Notes under the pieces: model-generated
What the model saw: the letters and a program-made list of their open reading frames with translations, nothing else
Database searches by the model: none
Told to the model about the DNA's origin: nothing
Source: a virus
Length of the DNA: 64,000 bases
Strand: one strand, 5' to 3'
Virus record (IMG/VR): IMGVR_UViG_3300027832_000010
Coordinates: 6,298-70,297 of that record
Shown here: one piece after another, positions 8,605 to 17,437 of the stretch
Layout: each line of letters opens with the position of its first letter
How positions within the stretch are numbered: the stretch's first letter is position 1
Made by a program: the position numbers and the translations under genes

Positions 8605-9439
8605 TCCAGTATGCTTCTGTTCTATTAACCATTATGTCTGAACGCTTTGATTTACCATCTTTCTTGCGCTCGCCTTTCATATGGTCCATGTATTTGCCTA
8701 GCTCAGTATTAATTAACGGATGTCCGCCGCCGCCACTTTTAGCTTCACTCATATACATTTGTGCAGAATAATCATAATCCGCATTAAACTGTTTAAACTG
8801 TTTCAACACTTCTCCAAAGATATAACTGTCATGCCATTCGGGTAATAAGAACATGCCTTTCTCAGCATCCTCATACATACGTTCAAATTCTTCTAAGAAA
8901 CTATGACACACAGGATGATTCATATTCAGTCCGTAGAATCCACATTCTGGCCATGTCTGTGATCCTTTGCCTCTACCAACATACGTGATATATTTGTTTT
9001 CGGGTAATAAGTTTTTAAATGCAGCATAACTCCAGTTACTGTGAATATAACTATCTGCATCCATCCACACTATCCAGTTGCCTTCCCTTTTATTGCATGC
9101 ATCAAACACTGCGTACACTTTGTTTGCAAAGCGAACTGCATCCCACTTGAATGCTTTTTTACTATCTTTGCGTTTGCTTCTAATTGGATCTGAACTTATA
9201 TTGCCATTAGCTTTTGGAATGTCTTTCCAAGTTTCTTTAAACACATTTAATTTAAGTAAAGTTGCTTTTGCATCTTGTATTATAATCTGTCTAGGATCTG
9301 GATTTGCAGGTGTACAATCTTCTGCGTAGACAATTAGTTTGATATTTTTGTCAACTCGCTGTGCAAAGCTGTCTATAAATCGTTGCCCGTATGTTGTTAA
9401 TCCTTCGTGATGGAACGTAGTTACTACTGTTATTGTCAT
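8594..9439 (-). CDS. Putative GT-A glycosyltransferase
   Basis: DAVRFANKVYA, WIVWMDAD (DxD), WHDSYIF, MDHMKG; start moved to ATG 9439. Confidence 0.6.
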   Translation of the reverse strand: MTITVVTTFHHEGLTTYGQRFIDSFAQRVDKNIKLIVYAEDCTPANPDPRQIIIQDAKATLLKLNVFKETWKDIPKANGNISSDPIRSKRKDSKKAFKWDAVRFANKVYAVFDACNKREGNWIVWMDADSYIHSNWSYAAFKNLLPENKYITYVGRGKGSQTWPECGFYGLNMNHPVCHSFLEEFERMYEDAEKGMFLLPEWHDSYIFGEVLKQFKQFNADYDYSAQMYMSEAKSGGGGHPLINTELGKYMDHMKGERKKDGKSKRSDIMVNRTEAYWNEV

Positions 9440-10347
9440 ATAAATTTTCTCATGTGATTCCAGCAACTGCCATCTTCTAGTTCACTAAACTTCCAATGAA
9501 ACATGCTAATTCTTTCTAACCATTTTTGTCTGTCAAACTCTAAAGGTGTTTCTATTTTACTAAAATCTGTATTGCTAACTTCTGCGCACTGGCTATCAAT
9601 AGGGTCAGTTAAGAAACAATGATATCCTTGAATGATAGGTCCGACGGCTGCACTACTGTTATGATTAATAACAGCCCACGCATTATTCAAGTCTTGTTGT
9701 AATGCAGTTCCGATATTACTTATAGTAACGTTTCTCATATATTGCAATACTCGCAATAGCGACTGTGTATAAGTACGCGCAGTTTTGTCTCCCGGATGTG
9801 TTCTTATCACTATTGGCCTATTAGTATATTTACGCAGCTGATTAATTATATTTACTGTCCATTGCTGCACGTCTGTACCTTTGAGACTCCATCCTTTATT
9901 TCGTTGTAATAATAACACAATATGTCGGCCGTTAGTTTTATAGTTCTTTAATTGTATTGTAGTATCTTTAGAAATTTGTTGCCATCTAGTCGGGTCAATC
10001 TCTGTATCGCAATATATCCCTGTAGTAGGAAATATTCCATTAAAACTATATCGTATATAACCGTGCGGGTTAGTTTTATCTTTATATAAAAAAAGATTAG
10101 CATCACCTGATACTACAGTTTGTGTATCTATTAATTGTTTTCTTAACTTTAAATGGGGGCTACTAATATCAGAATATACCCATCCCTGTATTATTGCTAC
10201 GTCAGAAGGTTGGGCAATATCACTGTTACTAACTATTCCGTTATCGCCGCAAGCATTTACGCCTTGTATAAATTTTCTTAATATTTCAGGCTTTTGCAGA
10301 TTAGAGTTCCTTGCCGGAACTGTTTTTAAATAACTAATTACTTTCAT
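9436..10347 (-). CDS. Glycosyltransferase-like paralog
   Basis: IRTHPGD, INHNSSAAV, WLERISMFHWKFSELEDG. Confidence 0.6.
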   Translation of the reverse strand: MKVISYLKTVPARNSNLQKPEILRKFIQGVNACGDNGIVSNSDIAQPSDVAIIQGWVYSDISSPHLKLRKQLIDTQTVVSGDANLFLYKDKTNPHGYIRYSFNGIFPTTGIYCDTEIDPTRWQQISKDTTIQLKNYKTNGRHIVLLLQRNKGWSLKGTDVQQWTVNIINQLRKYTNRPIVIRTHPGDKTARTYTQSLLRVLQYMRNVTISNIGTALQQDLNNAWAVINHNSSAAVGPIIQGYHCFLTDPIDSQCAEVSNTDFSKIETPLEFDRQKWLERISMFHWKFSELEDGSCWNHMRKFI

Positions 10348-12028
10348 TTAATATACTCCACGCATAGCCTGTCCGAATTTCACGCGGAGTAAATTGACAG
10401 TAACTAAGGTGCGCTGCAAATGCAGTAACTTCATCTGCTGTCGGAATGTGCAAATTGTTAATTTGCTCTATTGCTGTATTACATAACATTCTAGCTGAAT
10501 TTGGAGCAAGTGCTATGGCAGGTAATCCGTATAGTATTGCTTCAGTAGCAGCAATACTATTGTATGTTACTACACAATATGCGTTCTCCATAGCTTGTTG
10601 AATTGTATTAGTTGTTACCCGTTCAGTGCGACCTGGCTTTAGTCTAATCGTAATCGGTCTATTGGTGTATTTTTTAATTTCTGCAACTGTAAAAGTCATC
10701 CAAGAATCAAGATCATGTCCGTAAAATTTCATAACTTTTTCACTAGGAGGAACAACTAAAATGTGTTTTCCCGGTTTATGTTTTTTATAACGCCACTTTA
10801 GTATACTTAACCTATCAGTGTCTCTTTCAATTATCGGTCCTAAATTTTGTAAATTATTTTTAGTAATACGATGATAGTCTTTACGTGTTGAAGGTTGCAA
10901 ATATCCAGTGTCAATTGCATAATAATCTATATTATTTTCTATGCAATACCGTAACGCTTTCTGGCTTCCGCCGCCAAGGCCTCTTATTACTAAGGTGTTG
11001 TTTGTGCCTTTTTGCAAGTCGAAGCTGCTAATCTTGCCGCCGGCTCCTATAATAAAATCTTGCAAATAAGAATCATATTCTAAGCCTTTTTTACTAAGAT
11101 CAAAGTCATCTGCTGTTGGTGCGATCGCCGCCACTTTTATTCCCATATTTTCTTCCAATATCTGTCTTATTGTCTCTTTTGTTTTATATATTTCTTCATC
11201 AGGATCTATAAGATTGTGTAAGTAGGCAGCTAACAGTGTTTTAGTTTTCTTAGGTAATGTTAAATCATCTATTTCAAATGTTCTAGATTTTAAATTTTGT
11301 ATTTCTTGAGTTAACTCATTTACTTTAGTTGCATACATCTTAGATTGCATTTGGTACCACTCAGATGAATATTCACAGTTTTTATAATTATCAAACCACG
11401 GGCCACCTTCAGTATAATGTAAAAACTTAGGTTTACCATCTGTAGGTTCTTTGTACCAGCCAACTAACCAATTCCATTCGTGACTTAGTTTGCCTATTTC
11501 ATTATCCTTAAGCCAACTAAATCTATGCAGATATTTCCCATCAATTTCTGGATTATTCACAAACTCTGCTGATAGTTTAGCATTACTAGGATGAGCACAA
11601 TTAATTAACATCATGCTTGACCAATTCTTACGTGGATACACAGTTTGTTTCTCACCATCCATTTTTGTACCTTCTTTAGGAGTATAGTCGTGGTGAGCAC
11701 ACATTACAGCGTACTTGTCATTACGTTGGTCAAACAATTTTTTAACATCTTCTAATGCAACAAAGTCACAATCAATAAACAATGCCCAACCCATAAAATC
11801 TTGAAGAGTAGGCACTAAAAATCTAGTAAACGTAAATTCTGTGCTAGCCAGTTTGTCTTTTTCTCTCCAATAGACTCCTTCGCTCTTTAAAACTTTTTGC
11901 TTCAATGGTATTATTTCAACAGGAACAGTTGCAGTATCAAGTATACTTTTTTTGCATACTTGATAAGCAATATCTTCTCGGCTGTCCCATCCTATAAAAA
12001 TTTTAAACGGTTTAATCTCTTCGTTCAA
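10334..12028 (-). CDS. Two-domain glycosyltransferase (GT8-like N-domain plus capsule-biosynthesis-like C-domain)
   Basis: IFIGWDSRE, STEFTFTRF, LFIDCDF, RKNWSS, HYTEGGPW; C-domain VVTYNSIAATEA. TTG start at 12028 with GGAGG SD. Confidence 0.75.
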   Translation of the reverse strand: MNEEIKPFKIFIGWDSREDIAYQVCKKSILDTATVPVEIIPLKQKVLKSEGVYWREKDKLASTEFTFTRFLVPTLQDFMGWALFIDCDFVALEDVKKLFDQRNDKYAVMCAHHDYTPKEGTKMDGEKQTVYPRKNWSSMMLINCAHPSNAKLSAEFVNNPEIDGKYLHRFSWLKDNEIGKLSHEWNWLVGWYKEPTDGKPKFLHYTEGGPWFDNYKNCEYSSEWYQMQSKMYATKVNELTQEIQNLKSRTFEIDDLTLPKKTKTLLAAYLHNLIDPDEEIYKTKETIRQILEENMGIKVAAIAPTADDFDLSKKGLEYDSYLQDFIIGAGGKISSFDLQKGTNNTLVIRGLGGGSQKALRYCIENNIDYYAIDTGYLQPSTRKDYHRITKNNLQNLGPIIERDTDRLSILKWRYKKHKPGKHILVVPPSEKVMKFYGHDLDSWMTFTVAEIKKYTNRPITIRLKPGRTERVTTNTIQQAMENAYCVVTYNSIAATEAILYGLPAIALAPNSARMLCNTAIEQINNLHIPTADEVTAFAAHLSYCQFTPREIRTGYAWSILNESN

Positions 12029-12777
12029 TGTCTTCCTCCACACATGCTTCGCCGTATTGTATTTCTACAAGTTTTAATGGCTTAGTAGTTTCATTAGCTA
12101 GCATATGCCATTGCGTCTTAGGGATATGTAATGCTTGATGTTTAGTGAATGTTCCTACTAACTCAGTATCAGTACTGCTGTCTAATGTGTACACACTAGC
12201 AGTGCCTTCAACAACAAACCAATGCTCTGCACGATGTTGATGTCGTTGCATTGATAATGTTTTGCCCGGACCTACAGTAAGTTCTTTTACTTTAGTGTGT
12301 TTATCGTATTCGTGTATCACACGATAGTATCCCCATTGTCGTTCTGTCTTAGGTGCTTTCCATTCAGTAAGGATCCAACTTGAGCTATTCTTTTTATCCT
12401 CTCCGCCGACCCCAAACACAAACTCTAAGTTATTGTCCACTAAGTCCATCTCTGGAATGTTTTCTTTAGTACGATCGCCGCCATTGGCAAATATAATTGT
12501 AGCGTCTGGATACATTGCTCTAACACCAGTAATAGTATTTTTACTGCTGTCATCTGCATCAGGGTAGCACACAACTTTATCTACAACTGCTAATGATTCT
12601 ATAATGCGACAACGTTCGTACACGTCCATGAAAGGCCTACCTTTTTTACGAGTAAGCCATTCGTCTGAATTTAGACCAACAACTAAATGGTCGCCTAATT
12701 CTTTTGCTGCTTTGAAGTAGGCAATATGCCCAGAATGCAATGGATCAAAAGCCGCCTGTAACTAGAACTATATTCAT
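12012..12777 (-). CDS. Cytidylyltransferase (HIGH) fused to mannose-6-P-isomerase-type cupin; +1 frameshift after codon 10
   Basis: ATG 12777 reads MNIVLVTGGF then TGA. Removing one T from GGC TTT TGA TCC restores GGFDPLHSGH. C-terminal WGYY...SMQRHQHRAEHW...EIQYG cupin. Confidence 0.8.
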
Positions 12778-13433
12778 ATTACGCCTCCTTTCTTCGTTGG
12801 ACGTCCAACAAACCAACCGGGTGGCTGGGTGTTTTCATAATGATATTTTGTTTCACCTAGATAATTATGATAAATTTTCATTCCTTGTATTTTATTACAC
12901 GTAGTTCGCCGGATTTCAATTTGGGCTGGGTCTTCAAATTGTTTTTTATTTCCTTCTCTCCATCGTTGTAATGTCTCTTCAGAATATATCTTGCCTGGTC
13001 GGGTTGGCATAATCTGAAGTGCTCTTTTGGCTCGCATCTTGGCCTTTACTTCTTCTGAATGAGTTTTTCCATAATATGGATTATTTTCTCCAATTAGATA
13101 TTTAGAAATATTATTTCTTGTGTTTGAGATTATAGCATTATAAGTTCGAGAACTAATCTTGTATCGTTGTTGATACGAGTTTTCTTGATTGATTAAACAT
13201 CTAATAGCATATGACATTTTCATCTTATCTTTTCCAATAGTCATTTTTACTAATAATCTATGGCAAATAAAGTGCTCCCTAGCAGTCAATGCAACAATAT
13301 TTTCTTTTTTGTTACTTCCGCCAAGGCTTTTTGGAATAATATGATGTTTTTCAACATACCCTACTCTAGGATTGGTTTTCCTATTCTCAATAATGCGATA
13401 GTAACACTTTGAATATTTGTTTGTAATAAACAT
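12774..13433 (-). CDS. HNH homing endonuclease (Mob-like) with NUMOD3
   Basis: EKHHIIPKSLGGSN...LTAREHFICH; GENNPYYGKTHSEEVKAKM. Own ATAAATA (13452-13458) and AGGAG SD. Confidence 0.9.
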   Translation of the reverse strand: MFITNKYSKCYYRIIENRKTNPRVGYVEKHHIIPKSLGGSNKKENIVALTAREHFICHRLLVKMTIGKDKMKMSYAIRCLINQENSYQQRYKISSRTYNAIISNTRNNISKYLIGENNPYYGKTHSEEVKAKMRAKRALQIMPTRPGKIYSEETLQRWREGNKKQFEDPAQIEIRRTTCNKIQGMKIYHNYLGETKYHYENTQPPGWFVGRPTKKGGVI

Positions 13434-13465
13434 ACTGTCTCCTGTATGTTTTATTTATCTGACTT

Positions 13466-13554
13466 GGGATCAAATCCGCCAGTGCAAAGTACAATTTTCA
13501 TTTTTTAATAATTCTCCCTTTTATATATCCGCCAGTGCAAAGTACAATTTTCAT
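13466..13554 (-). repeat. 28-bp direct repeat; two orphan copies of the cytidylyltransferase 5' end
   Basis: atccgccagtgcaaagtacaattttcat at 13474-13501 and 13527-13554; on the minus strand this encodes MKIVLCTGG. Confidence 0.9.
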
Positions 13555-13581
13555 GTAGTTATTTATGTACGCAGTTAATAC

Positions 13582-14208
13582 CTACCAACCAAAAATGTAA
13601 TCTTTTCTAACATTGATTAATTCTATTGCGCCTAACGATTTAAGATAATCACCTGCACAATATTCAGTGTCACGATGTTGTTCACAAACAATAATAGGTT
13701 TGTATTTTAATAATGTTTCTGTAGCACCCTTTAGTACTTCTAATTCGTGTCTTTCGCAATCTATTTTAATTAATCCAAACTTAGGAAGATCTAAATCGTC
13801 CATACGTTTTAATTCAATAGTACCTGTGCCTAGTGTATTCATATCAACATGACTCTGGCCAGTATTTTCACTGTCGTAAATCATATCAATAAACCCAGTA
13901 GTACTGCTAAGTGCAAACCGATTTATTTCTACAGGTAGATCTTTTACATTTAATTCTAAACATTTGTACACATGATCAATTGGCTCGTATGCAATAACAC
14001 GATTAAATTTTTCTGTTAATGGCCTAGCCCATAATCCTACATTAGCACCAACATCAACACATATATTAAAGTCTGTAACATATTTGTATGCAGCATCTCT
14101 AACATCATCTTGATATTCTGCGGGGCCGCCATTCATAATACGCTTTGCAATCAACCGTTCAAAATGACTATCAGTATCAGGCATCCAATAATTGTAAACT
14201 TGTTTCAT
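13582..14208 (-). CDS. FkbM-family methyltransferase
   Basis: VDVGANVGLW, AYEP, LIKIDCERHELEVLKGA. Confidence 0.88.
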   Translation of the reverse strand: MKQVYNYWMPDTDSHFERLIAKRIMNGGPAEYQDDVRDAAYKYVTDFNICVDVGANVGLWARPLTEKFNRVIAYEPIDHVYKCLELNVKDLPVEINRFALSSTTGFIDMIYDSENTGQSHVDMNTLGTGTIELKRMDDLDLPKFGLIKIDCERHELEVLKGATETLLKYKPIIVCEQHRDTEYCAGDYLKSLGAIELINVRKDYIFGW

Positions 14209-14210
14209 TA

Positions 14211-14447
14211 TTAGACCTTTTGTAAATACACAATATATTTTGTAACATGTCGCGGTGGACCTTTTTTTACAGTAGCATGTCTCTCTGTAATTTCTTCACT
14301 AATAATTTTCCAACCAAAATCTAAAATTGATTTAATATTGTTTTTAGTAATTAACGCTTTTACATCTTTAGGAAGTGCCGATGTATTTCCAAATGTTTTT
14401 TTACTATGTAAAGTTTGTAGTTCTTCTAGATACTTTTCTGAATGCAT
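14211..14447 (-). pseudogene. Internally deleted class I SAM methyltransferase
   Basis: Motif I truncated at SILDFG and fused directly to a C-terminal segment (WKIISEE...); only 78 aa. Confidence 0.6.
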
Positions 14448-14457
14448 TTATATGTTC

Positions 14458-14913
14458 CTATATGCTAGCATCTTCCATGCCTGCTACTCTGAGCTTAACT
14501 ACGTTTGTAATTTGCCATTGCTTTTGATCAAGACCTTTTAGAAGACCTAGCCATTTATTGCGTAGCAATGCAAACTCGTTAATAATCTTTTCATAGTCAA
14601 CAACGTCTGCCTCACCGTCAACGTATTTTTCAACGTCACGACTGCTTAATGCTCGTTGATAGTTTTCGAGGTATTTCTTAAAATACGAACTACGCAATCT
14701 ACGTAGTTCGATATTTAAATAGTTGAGGATTGCTTCGATCTCTTGGAGTTGATTAAAGCGTTGTTCAACAATGCCTGGCATTTCAGCCGCAGCACGTTCT
14801 ACATTACCTTTGAGTTTGACCTCATGTTTTGCAGACAACAGTTCGTTTTCATAATGCGCTACTGCATCAGGAATTTTAGAAATGTCACGCGATACGATTG
14901 AATACCAGCCCAT
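14458..14913 (-). CDS. uvsY: UvsY-like recombination mediator
   Basis: Helical protein with ALSSRDVEKYVDGEADV, adjacent to uvsX. Confidence 0.75.
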   Translation of the reverse strand: MGWYSIVSRDISKIPDAVAHYENELLSAKHEVKLKGNVERAAAEMPGIVEQRFNQLQEIEAILNYLNIELRRLRSSYFKKYLENYQRALSSRDVEKYVDGEADVVDYEKIINEFALLRNKWLGLLKGLDQKQWQITNVVKLRVAGMEDASI

Positions 14914-14915
14914 TA

Positions 14916-15152
14916 TTAATCCTCATCTTCCCATGAATCGTCATCAGCAAAATTTTCTTCGTCGATATCTAAGAAGTAATTAATTGCACCGTCTAGCACC
15001 GCATCAGAACCTAGTGTATTAGTTAGGGTGTCATCTGCTACGCCGTAGTCAGCTAGCAAATCAACAAACCGCTCTGCTGCAAGTTCATGATTCTTTTTAT
15101 CAATGTACTCTTTAAATAAAGTCCACACTTCTACAATTTGACTCTCGTCCAT
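14916..15152 (-). CDS. Small acidic hypothetical protein
   Basis: 78-aa ORF in the operon. Confidence 0.7.
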   Translation of the reverse strand: MDESQIVEVWTLFKEYIDKKNHELAAERFVDLLADYGVADDTLTNTLGSDAVLDGAINYFLDIDEENFADDDSWEDED

Positions 15153-15155
15153 AGA

Positions 15156-16238
15156 TTATTCCTCAAAAGTTTCTTCGATTAAATCAGCTGTATCTTCAAC
15201 AACTTCACCGGTATTTACCACAGTAGCTGTTTTTTCTTTGTACTCTGACATAATCATTTCAAGTTTAGGACCATTCCATTGCTTACGATAATCGATATGC
15301 TCGACACCAGCTAAGTCAATGTACTTGAGTCGATTGCCTTGCTTAACCAATAAGTTTTTCTTCTCAAACAATTCAACTAAACCAGAGTAAGGATTCATAC
15401 CAGTTTCATAAGGAATCTTAACCTGCACACCTTCAAACGGTTTTGCATAGCGTGTCTTCATTACTTTACAACCAGCGCGGATACCCATAACTTCTGTGAT
15501 CTTATTGCCGTCTTCGTCTTCTTTTAACTTCATCTTTTTCATTGCAACAACAATACTTGATGCATAGATAAAGCCACTACCGCCTGAGATCTTATCATCT
15601 GGGTCAAACATGTCCTGCGATGCATATGTGTGGTTAGTACAAACTAGTCCAACATTGTAGCTGCCGATCATGTTTACAGTGTTACGAACTAATGAAGTAA
15701 GTGCTTTAGGCTTACGACCCATATCGCCCTTCATATCACCCTTTTGGAACTGATCGACGTCAGTAGGTGTTAGTAACATACCCAAGCTGTCAATAACAAA
15801 CAATACTTTAGGACGATCTTCTTCGTTCATTGCTTTGTAGTCAATCATGAAAGTTGAGATAGTTTTTGCTACGTCATCAATCATTGCCATATTAAGTTTA
15901 AGCAATTTGTCTTCGCCAGTCTGCACACCTAGTGCATGCAACCAGCTTTCGTCAAGTGCATTCTCTGAGTCAACTAGGACTACATAGATACCTTGCTCTT
16001 GTGCGTTCTTTACAATGTTGCCACTGCAAAAATACGACTTGCCTGCACCTGATTCGCCTGCGAATACAGTTACTTTACCCAACGGAACACCTTTGTTAAA
16101 GTCTCCTGAAATAAGCAAGTTTAATGCGTATGATCCTGTTGAAATCCAATCAGTAGGATCGTTAAATCCAGCACTCACGCCTGAGATACTTTTAGTCAAG
16201 TCCTTACGGAACTTACTAACATCAAATGATTTAGCCAT
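15156..16238 (-). CDS. uvsX: UvsX/RecA-like recombinase
   Basis: AGESGAGKS Walker A, VIDSLG Walker B, ISGGSGFIYASS. Confidence 0.95.
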   Translation of the reverse strand: MAKSFDVSKFRKDLTKSISGVSAGFNDPTDWISTGSYALNLLISGDFNKGVPLGKVTVFAGESGAGKSYFCSGNIVKNAQEQGIYVVLVDSENALDESWLHALGVQTGEDKLLKLNMAMIDDVAKTISTFMIDYKAMNEEDRPKVLFVIDSLGMLLTPTDVDQFQKGDMKGDMGRKPKALTSLVRNTVNMIGSYNVGLVCTNHTYASQDMFDPDDKISGGSGFIYASSIVVAMKKMKLKEDEDGNKITEVMGIRAGCKVMKTRYAKPFEGVQVKIPYETGMNPYSGLVELFEKKNLLVKQGNRLKYIDLAGVEHIDYRKQWNGPKLEMIMSEYKEKTATVVNTGEVVEDTADLIEETFEE

Positions 16239-16310
16239 TATTTCTCCTATTTAAAGCCAAGATAACTAGGGCGTATGCTTATAGCACAGAGGCCCCAGCC
16301 GTGTTGTTTA

Positions 16311-17300
16311 TTAAGCCTGCTGTTGACGTGCGCGGATCATCGCTAGGATGTCGCCTGCACCACCAGTTGCTGCCGGGGCAGGTGCTGCTTGTGCTACTGG
16401 AGCAGGTGCTGCTTGTGCTACTGGAGCAGGTGCTGCTTGTGCTACTGGAGCACTTTGGCTAGTTGCAGTTGCACCTACACTTGCGGCTTTCATAGGATCG
16501 CCTGTGCGAGCTTGCATACCGCTTGGTCGGAAGTATTGGCTCCAACGATCTGCATCATATGCTTCACCATCTACTGATGCTTCAAACATTTCTTTCATCA
16601 CTTTAATAGCAACGTCGTCTGGCTTCTTAGGAAGGAAGTCATTCATGTTATACAATCCATGAGTCTGAACTGCTAACATTTCTGCATCACTCAGTGGACG
16701 ATCTCTACGTGCCCAAGTGCTTGTACCATAGTCTGCGTATCCACCTTTAGACGTTTTGTTAAGACGGAAGTCTACGCCTGCAGTATAGTCTGTTGGTAAT
16801 TCTTCCATGTCTGGATCCATTAATGCTGCTTTAATGATCTGGAAGATCTGAGGACCAATGATGAATCGTCGAATTGGATTTTCTGGCTTTTCTTCTTGCA
16901 AGGGATTTTCTGTTACAAACCCTTGGAAAATGTAAGAACGTTTTTTCCAGTACTTACGACCCATATCTTCTAATGAAGCGTCCTTAAACCAGCCGCGAAC
17001 TTCCTGTAGAATAGGACATGCTTCGCCGTACATTTCCATACATGGAACTTGTACTTGTACAGGGCGTGAATCAGTTTCACCTTTAATGCCTGCAAATGGA
17101 AGTTTAATAATCAAACGCTCTTTCCAGAAGAAAGTGTTTTCAGTGTCGCCATCTGGAAGGAAACGCATCGTTGCCGATTCGCCTTCTTTAATATTCCAAA
17201 ATGGGTAAATTGCGTTATCACCGCCGCCTTGGGTATTATTGCCCCCTGTGCGTGATTCTTGCTCTTTGAGCTTTGCTCGGATTTCTGCTAATGATGCCAT
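16311..17300 (-). CDS. Single-stranded DNA-binding protein, gp32-like
   Basis: MRFLPDG, CPIL, YWKKRSY, DFRLNKTSKGGYADY; Ala/Pro-rich linker. Confidence 0.9.
   Translation of the reverse strand: MASLAEIRAKLKEQESRTGGNNTQGGGDNAIYPFWNIKEGESATMRFLPDGDTENTFFWKERLIIKLPFAGIKGETDSRPVQVQVPCMEMYGEACPILQEVRGWFKDASLEDMGRKYWKKRSYIFQGFVTENPLQEEKPENPIRRFIIGPQIFQIIKAALMDPDMEELPTDYTAGVDFRLNKTSKGGYADYGTSTWARRDRPLSDAEMLAVQTHGLYNMNDFLPKKPDDVAIKVMKEMFEASVDGEAYDADRWSQYFRPSGMQARTGDPMKAASVGATATSQSAPVAQAAPAPVAQAAPAPVAQAAPAPAATGGAGDILAMIRARQQQA
16378..16449. repeat. Coding tandem repeat, 3 x 24 nt (APVAQAAP)
   Basis: gcaggtgctgcttgtgctactgga three times exactly. Confidence 0.95.
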
Positions 17301-17379
17301 AGTTAATGCCTCCTAAAATGTTGCCTATGTGCAGTAGCGTTATTGCTACTAGTGCCTTAAAGTGTATAGCACAGTTACT

Positions 17380-17408
17380 ACTATACACTGATATTTAGCA
17401 GACGTCAA
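17380..17408 (-). promoter_or_regulatory. Sigma70-type promoter of the gp32/uvsX operon, overlapped by an inverted repeat
   Basis: TTGACG-N17-TATAGT; agtgtatag (17361-69) and ctatacact (17381-89). Confidence 0.7.
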
Positions 17409-17437
17409 GTGATATCTGCTGAATTTTTGAATTTATT

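Noticed and set aside
16262-16300. Imperfect hairpin between gp32 and uvsX as an ncRNA or terminator
   Set aside because: Short, bulged and without a U-tract; insufficient support, though it could be a processing site.
16348-16662. Plus-strand repetitive ORFs (GAGAACAT, CYWSRC repeats)
   Set aside because: Antisense reading of the 24-nt repeat in gp32.
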